Origin: Eledone cirrhosa
Taxonomy: Eukaryota
Assembly (NCBI GenBank): GCA_964016885.1
Contig: OZ024746.1
Span: 65,968,001 to 66,032,000, forward strand
Reading direction: 5' to 3'
Length of the DNA stretch: 64,000 nt
Shown here: positions 41,436 through 54,038 of the stretch, piece by piece
Layout of the letters: each line of letters starts with the position of its first letter
How positions within the stretch are numbered: position 1 is the first letter of the stretch
Translations under genes and position numbers: made by a program
The notes under the pieces: model-generated
Seen by the model: the letters and a program-made list of their open reading frames with translations, nothing else
Database searches by the model: none
What the model was told of the DNA's origin: nothing

Positions 41436-44400
41436 GCAGTTGATGGCAATTATCCTCTATACAAAGTGTGTGTAAAAGCCAATGAAACTAATGTATGCCG
41501 AGCCAAACTATATGTTCAAACTATAAACATTTGCACATGCATTTGTTTGCCAATACTATTATGATGTCTAGCTAATATAAATAAATAAATATATATACAG
41601 TACACAGACTATGTTAAAAAACTGGATAGGCGGACAGTCCCATCTCCTCAGTGAACCTCTTAAAGTCACCACAGTTTCGGACCATGTAGGCCAATATATT
41701 TCATTCCAGTGCATATATATATATAACATCATATTCACAAAACAGTAAAAATCAGTAAACACATTTTATAGAGATACTATTGAAAAAGCCTCAAATGAGA
41801 GTCAGTACCTCTTTCCCGTAGACGCAGCCAAAATATCGAGGAACTTTCATTTCTTCAACGATAGTTTTTGACAGAGATCCAGACCATATTTCGCCTGTTG
41901 CGATCGCGGTTTTCCCTATCTGGAATAGTCATCTAATAATTTTTCTTAGAAACATATTATGACGTGGTATCTTTCCCTTAATATTTGTATATTCCTGAAT
42001 TGGATTAGATCTGAAACGGCACTACTTTCTGAACTGTTAATTTACGACCGGAATATTGATATTTGATATATACAAAATCTGCACAATTTTATTTTTGGCT
42101 AAATTGGATACTGTTCCAATTCTTTTCTTGGCAAAATGTTCCGCCTTGCGATCAAAGTGCTCACTGTTTGATGATCGATGTAGTTTAGACATGCATACTC
42201 TAGCAGTAGATAGAATGGAATTGATTGGATAAGAAGTAAACCGGTAGAGGAAATGTTTGAAATTTCTGTTCTTAAACAATTGATGGCTAAAGACATTCTA
42301 AGAATATCTTTTGTCACTTTACAATCATGTCACCTCCTTAAGATAAAACTGTCTTCGAATACCCCTTTACTTTCTAAATTTTATTTGCCAAGTCACTACA
42401 ACTGTGTGGGGGCGAAATCAATTTATTGAATAGACGTTAAACAAGCATAAAAAACATAACATTCCATTATCGCCGATGTTGCCAAAGTACATTCTGTCTA
42501 TTTCAGCTGACAGACAATTTGTAATGAGTACCATTCTTGAGAAAAGAAATATAAAAGAAATAAAGGCGACAAATCAGATCAAATAAGATTTAATATAAAA
42601 GTCAGCAAAATCTACAGCAATACAATCATTCTAAACATGTAATGAAAATATTTGTCCAGAAATACAGACAAGTGTTCATATATTATGGTTCATAAACATT
42701 GGAAATATGATTGTTAATTAATTAAACTTTATGTATATTTGAAACATTGCTTACACTAATATTCTCTTAGTCCCAGAATTTTAACTCAATTCCATATATA
42801 AATATTTTGACTGATTACACATGGAAATATGTATCTGATCACATGCACACTCACAACAGATTCATTGACCGATATTTTGTTTCAATAATGATTTATTGTG
42901 ATGTGTTAGTTAAGTTAAAGTATTTAGCATAGACATCATATATGCAATTGAACTGAAACTAAATTAAAACTAGGACTGATATGTTAATAGTATTAAGCCA
43001 TTCATTTAAATAAATTATATGAATGATAGAAATAAAAACTCGTTATAATAACAAAAATGAATAATTAAAAGAAAACATTTAAATCTGGTTTTTTTTTTTG
43101 TTATCATAAACATTTCCACAAATAAACGCCCTTCCTTTCTTAGTTACGCTTGAAAACAGAGCATTAACTCCGCAATTTCTATTTCCAGAGTGCTGATCAA
43201 CACAGATCTCATGTCTTTAATTCTCTTATATTTAAATTTTGTCCTTAAATTCTGCCATTATAAAAACTATTATCAGTGTCACTTTATGTTTTGTTCTATT
43301 TTAGATGAAATATTGCTAACCTTCTCTCATACAACAAATTAACTGGTTCAAAGGTAAAAAATAGTTGAAGCATATAATGAATCAATAGTTATGTTATAAT
43401 TTCTTTCTTTGGAAGACCCGGCCACTGAGCATTTTATTTCTAGTTTTGGGAATATAAGTAACCGGTGACAATTTTTACTAATACAGCAGACATGTGCACA
43501 CATATATTCGGAATTGTATTGCGATTACTACTCTGCTTATGGCAATCTATCTTAGCAACTATCTTAATATTATTTTGTCTCTACACATTCCACTCAACTC
43601 CTATCATATTATTATCCTGCAGCAATAGAAAAGAAGATGTTAAACTTAAATTACTTATTTAGTATTACATTTAAGGATATTCCCCATGATAGTGTCTTAC
43701 TTTCATTGTCGTGAAACTAATATTTGAAATACCCAATGAAAGAAATTATAATGTACATGAATTATTTTATTCTGAATATTATTTCGTGAATTACGTTATT
43801 TATTTTATATAGGGCAATTTAAATGTTACAAATAAATTGCATTTAAACCGCTCGTTATTTGTATCTATTTGCTGGCGACTCGAACCTGAAAAAACGTTAT
43901 CAATCATTGTCATGCAGGTAAATTATCATGAAATAATGACATCAGTTGCTTTGTATAAAATAATCCTATTTTGTCGTGTAGTTCTTACTAGAATATCAAT
44001 ATCATGCTTTCAGATAATACACATTTAAACCTATCATATTTTATACTAGTTATTATTCAAGTTTTTATTTTTAATTTTCTTTCATATTTTTCTGACAACT
44101 TGTGTCTGACATTTAATAACTTTCAAACTGTCAACAGAACAATTTGTATGATTCATCTATTCTTGTTTGTTTTATTTGAGACGTAGTTTAGTGTCCGTCT
44201 AATATATTGTGTATCAACAGTCAGAAAACCAATTCTTTATTCTATAAAAAATATATTATTACGGTATATTCAATTGTGTTCGCATACTAACAAAGCAAAT
44301 CATTTTCGTATGAACTGTTAGTACTTGTGTCAAATGCTGGGTACACTGACTGTATCCCAAGTTCACATCACGAAATTATAATTGATTCAAGAACGCCATT

Positions 44401-45666
44401 TGAAATAACACACAATAATTATAAGTTACATAATTGTTAACAGTAAAATAACAAACGCAAACATATTTAGTCTTTAACGATAAGATTGAAACACTCATAA
44501 CTAAACAAACACAACATTATCCGTATTGTACTCCAGTAATGAAAAAAAAAATACTCGTTTGAGACTAATTGAAGAATTTATAATAGAAACGGTGTTCAAT
44601 GGCGTTTTCAGAGGTGGTCACAAATATAGTCACGTTTATTCATATCCTCAGAGGCAAATAAATCCTAGATTGATTGTAAATTCATTAGATTTTTAAATGT
44701 GGGAAATTAGTAAGAGATATTGAGGATAAAATATTACTAGACTACCTGTCAGAAATCCTTCTGGATGACACATAGTGAAATAATATTTTACATCGTCATA
44801 ATCGTCATTATTAATATATTCTGTATTCGGCCAATATGATAACGGTTCCCGTCTAAAATGAGCAGTTAATGTTCATCAATATTTACGGTAACTTCTTAGA
44901 CAAAGTCTCAGATCTACGGCAATAACTGTTAATTTATAGGATTTCGTAGAATAGATCACGCGGTCTCCGTTGTGTGCTCGCCTGTATGAAATCACATCAA
45001 TTTATAAATTAATGATATTTATTTGACTCACACGGAAATATATGTTTAATCGTATGTGGCATTTGTTCACGCTTTCTATATTTCCTCTTCCCTCACACAT
45101 TTAGGTGGTTGTGTGTATTGAGAAATAAATTAGGAAAGGAAGGAAGAAAGAAAGAAAGATAGATGGTGGTGGTATGAGAAACATAAACGCATGAGCTTAA
45201 ATAAATATAACGATACCCGTATAGATAGATTTCCTCGTGTAACAAGGAACAATTTCCTCAGTATTGCTTAAAATATCTACACGAAAACCAAACAATATTT
45301 ATTAGGAGATTGATCTCTGGTTTATCATGGATTACCTAAACAATTTTGAGGATTTCAGCTACCAATGTATCATGAAACCAGAAAGAATAATAATACCAAA
45401 ATATATGTAATTTTCCTTGGTGTTTCCGGCTTCACATCCTGAGTGGATTATGATGGCATTATGTCATTGAAAGTATCTCTGATTTTTCATAAAGCTAAAT
45501 GTAATTCATGTATCAATCATAAAGGTTATTGAAAAATCCTACAACACAGATACATTAAGTGTCTAGCCGTTCAATTATTACCTTTTCGTTTCCTAATAAA
45601 AGAAAAACAAATATAGCACACTGTCACAACAATATTTTCTCTAATCTCACTTTACCTCTCCCGCCC

Positions 45667-45724
<58 letters not shown>

Positions 45725-45846
45725 AATATAGACATAGAATATTCGAAAATATTCTGTATGTTTATAATAAACATTTTGAAGACCTAATCGCTATAGAATA
45801 GAATACGTCACGTATTACAATTAGATTCTCGATAAAAGCAAGGGAA

Positions 45847-45889
45847 GTAATCTACGCGTTTCATTCTTATTAGAAATCTTCAGGACCAC
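45847..45889 (-). ncRNA. Type I hammerhead (inverted arm of array)
   Basis: Exact reverse complement of 46077-46119. Confidence 0.88.
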
Positions 45890-46076
45890 ATATCCAGTGC
45901 TTTTATCGAGAATGACACAGCTAGAGACTTATAGAATACTTAGCTGTGTACAGAGCATTTATTCCAATTTCTAATTTCTGCCGGACCGGCAACCGCTCTT
46001 TCAAACCAGTTCCTGTACACAGCTAAGTATTCTATAAGTCTCTAGCTGTGTCATTCTCGATAAAAGCACTGGATAT

Positions 46077-46119
46077 GTGGTCCTGAAGATTTCTAATAAG
46101 AATGAAACGCGTAGATTAC
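46077..46119 (+). ncRNA. Type I hammerhead, unit 1
   Basis: GTGGTC-CTGAAGA-TTTCT aata AGAAT-GAAA-CGCG-TA-GATTAC. Predicted cleavage after 46113 (GUA). Confidence 0.9.
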
Positions 46120-46386
46120 TTCCCTTGCTTTTATCGAGAATCTAATTGTAATACGTGACGTATTCTATTCTATAGCGATTAGGTCTTCAAAATGTTTATT
46201 ATAAACATACAGAATATTTTCGAATATTCTATGTCTATATTCACGTATATATCGCTATTTCAGAGCATTTATTCCAATTTCTAATTTCTGCCGGACCGGC
46301 AACCGCTCTTTCAAACCAGTTCCTGTACACAGCTAAGTATTCTATAAGTCTCTAGCTGTGTCATTCTCGATAAAAGCACTGGATAT

Positions 46387-46429
46387 GTGGTCCTGAAGAT
46401 TTCTAATAAGAATGAAACGCGTAGATTAC
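46387..46429 (+). ncRNA. Type I hammerhead, unit 2
   Basis: Identical to unit 1 (+310). Confidence 0.9.
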
Positions 46430-46696
46430 TTCCCTTGCTTTTATCGAGAATCTAATTGTAATACGTGACGTATTCTATTCTATAGCGATTAGGTCTTCAA
46501 AATGTTTATTATAAACATACAGAATATTTTCGAATATTCTATGTCTATATTCACATATATATCGCTATTTCAGAGCATTTATTCCAATTTCTAATTTCTG
46601 CCGGACCGGCAACCGCTCTTTCAAACCAGTTCCTGTACACAGCTAAGTATTCTATAAGTCTCTAGCTGTGTCATTCTCGATAAAAGCACTGGATAT

Positions 46697-46739
46697 GTGG
46701 TCCTGAAGATTTCTAATAAGAATGAAACGCGTAGATTAC
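46697..46739 (+). ncRNA. Type I hammerhead, unit 3
   Basis: Identical to unit 1 (+620). Confidence 0.9.
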
Positions 46740-47006
46740 TTCCCTTGCTTTTATCGAGAATCTAATTGTAATACGTGACGTATTCTATTCTATAGCGATT
46801 AGGTCTTCAAAATGTTTATTATAAACATACAGAATATTTTCGAATATTCTATGTCTATATTCACATATATATCGCTATTTCAGAGCAGTTATTCCAATTT
46901 CTAATTTCTGCCGGACCGGCAACCGCTCTTTCAAACCAGTTCCTGTTCACAGCTAAGTATTCTATAAGTCTCTAGCTGTGTCATTCTCGATAAAAGCACT
47001 GGATAT

Positions 47007-47049
47007 GTGGTCCTGAAGATTTCTAATAAGAATGAAACGCGTAGATTAC
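47007..47049 (+). ncRNA. Type I hammerhead, unit 4
   Basis: Identical to unit 1 (+930). Confidence 0.9.
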
Positions 47050-47316
47050 TTCCCTTGCTTTTATCGAGAATCTAATTGTAATACGTGACGTATTCTATTC
47101 TATAGCGATTAGGTCTTCAAAATGTTTATTATAAACATACAGAATATTTTCGAATATTCTATGTCTATATTCACATATATATCGCTATTTCAGAGCATTT
47201 ATTCCAATTTCTAATTTCTGCCGGACCGGCAACCGCTCTTTCAAACCAGTTCCTGTACACAGCTAAGTATTCTATAAGTCTCTAGCTGTGTCATTCTCGA
47301 TAAAAGCACTGGATAT

Positions 47317-47359
47317 GTGGTCCTGAAGATTTCTAATAAGAATGAAACGCGTAGATTAC
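47317..47359 (+). ncRNA. Type I hammerhead, unit 5
   Basis: Identical to unit 1 (+1240). Confidence 0.9.
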
Positions 47360-47512
47360 TTCCCTTGCTTTTATCGAGAATCTAATTGTAATACGTGACG
47401 TATTCTATTCTATAGCGATTAGGTCTTCAAAATGTTTATTATAAACATACAGAATATTTTCGAATATTCTATGTCTATATTCACATATATATCGCTATTT
47501 CAGAGCATTTAT

Positions 47513-47555
<43 letters not shown>

Positions 47556-47582
47556 AATGTAGACATATATATATATATATGT

Positions 47583-47670
47583 ACATATGGCTTTACCGAA
47601 CATTTATTATAATGCTCGGTTTGTTTGTAAACAAGCAGCCCGAATTACGCCGTACAGTGTTCAGGAGACC
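47583..47670. mobile_element. Fragment of the 61980-62617 family
   Basis: ACCGAACATTTATTATAATGCTCGGT.TGTTTGTAAA is shared with 62150-62185. Confidence 0.75.
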
Positions 47671-47676
47671 ATATAT

Positions 47677-48170
47677 AGGAACAAGTTTAACACCGCCGGC
47701 AGAGCTCAAGCTGTTTCGACGGCTATGTCCAGAAATAGCCGTCGAAACGGCTTGAGCTCTGCCGTCGGGCTTAAACTTTTTTCTATTACCCACTCTTCTA
47801 CCCCAAGTGCTGAGTACTCTGGTGCGTTATGTTCTATCTGGTTCCTTACCACATCTCCTTCGTTTTATATATATATATGTATATATATACATACACACAT
47901 ACATACACATATATATATATATATACATATACATATACATATATATATATATACATATATATATATATGCATATATATATAACGAAGGAGATGTGGTAAG
48001 GAACCAGATGGACCATAACGCACCAGAGTACTCACTACTTAGGGTAGCAGAGTGGGTAATAGGAAACAGTTTAACCCCGACGGCAGAGCTCAAGCCGTTT
48101 CGACGGCTATTTATGGACATAGCCGTCGAAACGGCTTGAGCTCTGCCGGCGGGGTTAAATTTGTTTACCT
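47677..48170. mobile_element. Two family F elements tail-to-tail (palindrome of palindromes)
   Basis: 47677-47865 and its inverse 47981-48170 flank a TA/CA tract. Confidence 0.85.
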
Positions 48171-48243
48171 ATATATTTATATATGTATATATATATATGT
48201 ACGTATATATTTATGTATGTATATATGTATATATATATATATG

Positions 48244-48354
<111 letters not shown>

Positions 48355-48382
48355 GTGCATATAAATATATATTTATATGTGC

Positions 48383-48489
<107 letters not shown>

Positions 48490-51400
48490 TCCAGTTATTT
48501 TATTTGCTCTACAGGTTTCGTGAGGAGAAACCTTGTATTCAAATTGATATCGTTGCAAGTTGGAAATAACAGTACGCAAAAATTGATATTCGGTTTGTAC
48601 TTAATTTGTCATGAATTATCACTTACATAATCAGTTAGTTAAATACCCCTTATTCAATCAATTAATTATATGGCTATTGGCATTTTGTCACATTCTCAGC
48701 ATTATTGGCAATATATCCCTCTATCCCTCAATCATAAAACAATATGGAATATCAATAATACAGAATACAATGTGGTAGCAAATGAATTACTTAAACAAAT
48801 AGTATTATAAAAAGCTTATAGGAAAAGATGATTTGAAAAGCACGGGCGCTTCCTGAGGGAGAACCAAATATTTCAATCTAATACCAAAATATCTTTTCGG
48901 GACACTACAAGGAAAATAAACAATAACAGAATACTGTAAGACAGCAATCTGAATGGAAATCCATGCATAATTTGATCGAATAAAAGAACATAACTTTGAG
49001 CACAATAAGGTCCAACACGATGGACACTTAATAATACCTGAAGTGTGTCGCCATATAAGTAGCTTGTAACTCATCAGCACATTAACAATTGCTTACACTT
49101 ACGGTACCCGTGACATTAACAACGTAAACATTTCTGACTGCAGCACATGACTAGTGCCCTTGGTTATACGCCGCCGGCAGCATTCAATGTATTGGCTAAT
49201 TAGACAATTAATTACATATGGATGGGTGCTGAAACAAAAAGGAATATAATTTTCCCAAAATATAAATGGCAGTTGCCTTTCTGCCTAGATATCTATAACC
49301 TGCTTGCCAACATTTTACCAAATTCTTAGATTCGTGCACTACCCTGGACTCAATTGAGCGACATAAAATGTTCATGCGAACATCTGAAAAGATGTACGCA
49401 AAAGCTACTAGTGAATGGTTTATTATGGAAGATATCAAGGAAGGGAAAAGTATTTCTAGCATGATTGGTCGGTAAGATATACTTCATAATATATCATAAT
49501 CTTGTGCACTTAAATCACACCGCATCAATAAATCAACCTCATTACTAACAAAGGTTAAGATATCTTCTATGTAGCTTCACTATCTTTTCCAGATCTTGGT
49601 TCTATTTTTGACTTCATTTAGAAATCAAATGAATGAAATCACTAAATGTGATAAATACTACAAACAAAGGAAAAATTGCCTTCTCTTTATGAATATTTTA
49701 AAATATATCTACAAGAGATAATATTCATCTGGAAAGCATGCTCAAATGTATCATGAATTTAACCAAATCGAATGCAGGTATAGACAGACACGACAAAGCC
49801 ATTATATGACAATGCAAATATGGACAGTACTGAGACCGAAAACTTTTAATTAGATACAATCTCCGAAATAAAACATTTTACCAGACATGAATATGAAACA
49901 GGAAAAATACAAAATAGAAAAGAATATGAAAAACAGAATATTTACTGAAGAAATAATCAAAGCAATATTAAAATAATATTATAAAAAGAATATCATGAAC
50001 TATCATAATATTATCGAGATAATATTAGAAATAAATTAACTCGATATTAGAAACAAAAGAGTAGGTATGTATGTACACAATAGCTCCCCATCCGAAGTTG
50101 ATGATAGTGATCGTATGTCTACACACAGTGAAGACATGATCTCATAAAAATACAACTACGAAATAACATTAGTAAAACTAGACAAATACTTAGAAGTAAA
50201 GCGAAATTGATTAGTGCATGGCAGGAACATGGTAAAAATATGCTCGTCACAATATAAGGAAACAATGAAATGCAAACCGGATATTAACAACATGGGAGAG
50301 AAATATTGGTATAAGCACTATAGACGAGACATGTTCAACACATAGAAAAACAATATATCTAAACGGAATTTTAAAATGAAGAGAGAATAACCTTTCCTTG
50401 ACCAAAACCCGATAGAAAGGGAGCAAGCCAGAGGAAATAAAAGAGTAGAGTAAAATTTCCGCTAGATGTATCAGGAAAGAGATTTGAAATGTTACAGGTG
50501 ATAGAGCTGATGGACAAACCTGGAAATCTTTGAAGAAATGAGGAGTTCAGTGGAAAATAAGAGTTAATAATAGTGAAAAGGAGGAACCAGCTACTGATAT
50601 CCCGGAGATGAGCTGTACGTTACATAGTAATGGTAATGGTCTTCTAACAGATGCGTGATATTTCCCGGGTTGCAAGCAATGTACATGTGCATGAAGATGT
50701 AGTCGGGCAATCGTTCGTTCGATGAGTGTGAGGAGGCTCCGTGTATGAAATAAGGACCGCATCAAGCAGAGTTTACATCAACTTAAATTCTGGACTCAAA
50801 GCGGAATAGGAAGACGTCATATTTAGGTACAATGAATTTAAAGCTAAATATTATCCCCAAGGATTGGACGCAGATTTTTGTAGATAAAACTCTAGCTTAA
50901 AAAGGTGTTGAATATATCAGGAATGATTGTATCTTAAAACTAAAATAATCAGAAAGATAGACATGAATGTAAGAACTAATACTAATATTTAGAGCCATAG
51001 TTATAATAACAAAAATCTGAATAAAGGGATACATATATTACCATGATTCACAGCGTTATGTTAAATGATATCAATTGAATAGCATAATTCTCCGTACACA
51101 ACATGGTCTAGGATTACAATAAACCTATTAAAATAACACAATTCAATAGCAAAATACAATACATAATCTACACATACAACATATACTCTTCAAATTGATC
51201 GGCTAATACAATAACACTTTAGAATATAATTCTATATATTCGATATAAAGAACATAGAATGTGGTGATAATACGTATTAAAAATTATTTAAAATAAAGTG
51301 GAATGTCCATGGTGTATGAGATTAAGTAAAATATATCAATCACAGTAGGGCTATTCTCTGGAATGGGCATACATCAACAATCATATTCTGTAGACATCTA

Positions 51401-51723
51401 GATTCACTATACTGTATGCACCGCACCAGTGACATACATTTCTCTCAATGTAAGTAACACTAAGGAAATGTTTCTGATAATAAATGATGATTCTGTGGCC
51501 CCGCTCATATCAGATGTTTACACAAAGAAAAAAGTAGATTATTTAGATTTTAAATATGGCAATTCAATTAGTTCATGGGTGCATATACTGGTCAGGTAAG
51601 TTCATTTCTTTATCTTCTTTTTCAAAGATTCACAGATTGACAGACTTTGATGATCATTTACACACACTCACACACACACTCACACACACATATACATACA
51701 CACACACAGGTACATACAGACAT

Positions 51724-51779
<56 letters not shown>

Positions 51780-51785
51780 ATGTCC

Positions 51786-51816
<31 letters not shown>

Positions 51817-51867
51817 GGAAAATGTTCAACACCACGACGGCAGAGCTCGAGCCGTTTCGATGGTTAT

Positions 51868-51917
<50 letters not shown>

Positions 51918-51930
51918 ATAGCCAGAATTA
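51817..51930. mobile_element. Family F remnant with (TA)n inside the central loop
   Basis: GAGCCGTTTCGATGGTTATTTCTG-(TA)n-CAGAAATAGCC. Confidence 0.7.
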
Positions 51931-52154
51931 GTTTAGGACAGATTGTTGCACATGGGTTTATTCAAAATGATAAGAGATTAATATTTTTTATTAATTTTTT
52001 TTATAGTTACTCTAGAGTTTCTCATGGGCTTCTGCTCACGTGAAAGCATAAGATTAACGACTTAGATTTGGCTTTAATAAATAATACATACATCCATACA
52101 CACACAAATCCATTCATCCATCATCCATAAATACATACATATATATATATATAT

Positions 52155-52316
52155 ATGTGAATATATTTATAGTATATTTTGCAATATACCGATATAGTCA
52201 CTACTTTAAAACTGATAGCGTATGGTCTTCTAACTGTTTTTAATTAAACATACGGTATTTTGCCAAATATACTCTACATACATTTATGTATACATCGCTA
52301 TTTCAGAGCACTAATC

Positions 52317-52320
<4 letters not shown>
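52155..52320 (+). mobile_element. Diverged relative of the 310-bp retrozyme unit (short inverted start plus tail)
   Basis: Starts TGTGAATATA, contains ATAGCG.ATGGTCTTC...TAAACATAC, and ends ATCGCTATTTCAGAGCAC...AAT(AT)n like the array end. Confidence 0.7.
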
Positions 52321-52404
<84 letters not shown>

Positions 52405-53824
52405 TATGTGTGTGTGTGCGTGTGTGTGTGTGTGTCCGTGTCCGTGTGTGTGTGTATGTAGAATATATGAATATTTATATCTACCTATATATATACATGT
52501 CATGCGTATCGAAACTCTCTATTCATGGGTATCAAGTCGTTCACCTTTTCACACAAAAATAGACTTTATTTAACCATATCCGTTTATACCTATGTGTGTG
52601 TGTGTGTGTAAGTGAGCTTGTGTGTCTTTGCGTGGATTCGTATATTTATTTTGTATTTGTTCATATGTTTCTTTGAGTGAGTAATTTAATCCGTTAAATC
52701 AAGAAACAATCTTTCGTGCTTGAAACCACCTATTTTTCTGTATATCTCTTAATACGCAATAGTTGTATGTATAGTTCCCAACGTTGTATTTTGTATATTT
52801 TATTGCAGCATTTAGAATATAAAGAGTCTTGAAATTACCTCTTTTTAGTAGTTGTTTATATATGGTTTCTTTGAAGGCATATATGTTCAGAAGCTAATTG
52901 ACTATTAGTATGGAAATATTGAGAAAAATAACAAAAAAATAAATGGAACTCGCTGATGAGATAAAGTTAGAAAAAGAGTAAGAAAACATTCCACGTGGCT
53001 TAAGATAAATAGTTAGTGACTGTACGTCACTTATGTTATATTAAATACAAGCAGATGGGTAAGCATTTCCTTTTACGTTCTTGGCAAGAGAACAAGATTT
53101 TGAATTTGGTTATTCTTCAAAGACGTATTGGCATAGTATGCATTTCTTGTTTTACTGTAGATTTTATCCATTTTTTTCTTTATTTAGTTTTCGTTATGTC
53201 TTTCTACATTCATTTATTCATTTACTTATTTATTATTTGTTTACTTCATGTTTGATTTAAAGGCTCTCTATCAATGAAAGCTTAACGCTAAATCAAGCAA
53301 CAGTCTCGTCTATAATGTAAAATGAAGGAAAGTATTAATCGAATTTCCCGTGCAGCAAACAGCTTGCCGAAACATTAGAAACATTAAACACTGGGTGAAT
53401 GTCATAGCTAATTATTGTCTTTTATTGCCGTAACGTGTGGCAAATATTCAAGTAAATCTGGCCAAATGAAAAAATATATTGTATTTTACGTTTTATGTCA
53501 TCGACTACTCAGAATACTTTAACATTTAACCTAATTATTACCAATGTTTCTAATTACTATGTCTCACTGTGTGATTGCGTATTTACAGGAATTATTTCCA
53601 TTATCTTTTATCAACAGACATTTCTATCTGATGTTTGCTAATGTTATTTAAATGTTTTTATTTCTATATTCTAATTACTTCTGTATACACCTTTTGCATA
53701 TGTGTTTTAATCACCCATGTGCTGATTATTTTAAGGGATTTAGTTAATATATATATATAACAATAAATATGTATATGAACTGTGACATTGCACACATGTG
53801 TACACATGCATATACAATATATGT

Positions 53825-53884
<60 letters not shown>

Positions 53885-53886
<2 letters not shown>

Positions 53887-54038
53887 GATATTAAATAAAT
53901 GGAAACTATATTTATTTAATATCGTTTAATATCATTTATTTAATATCGTATATCTACTCCAAAAACTTTTCGAGTGCTTTATATCAGTTATAAAATATTT
54001 ACTTGTTGTATCGCAACAATTTTAAATAAAACTTTGCA
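53885..54038 (+). mobile_element. Terminal remnant of the 6125-8263 family
   Basis: ATGGAAACTATATTTAT plus GAGTGCTTTATATCAGTTATAA...TGC(AT)n. Confidence 0.7.

Larger units (their letters stand above)
45720..47518 (+). repeat. Retrozyme-like array: 5 tandem 310-bp units plus inverted 5' partial unit, in (TA)n
   Basis: CAGAGCA(T/G)TT unit starts at 45951, 46261, 46571, 46881, 47191 and 47501. 45720-45953 is an inverted partial unit. One HHR per unit. Confidence 0.95.

Noticed and set aside
45951-47518. CRISPR array or plain satellite
   Set aside because: There are no unique spacers, no cas genes and the context is eukaryotic. The ribozyme and fold content explain the repeat better.
48900-50800. 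Purine-rich stretch resembling an ancient LINE
   Set aside because: No motif could be read with confidence.
52949-52985. CTGATGA-GATAAAGTTA-GAAA
   Set aside because: No stems I or II.
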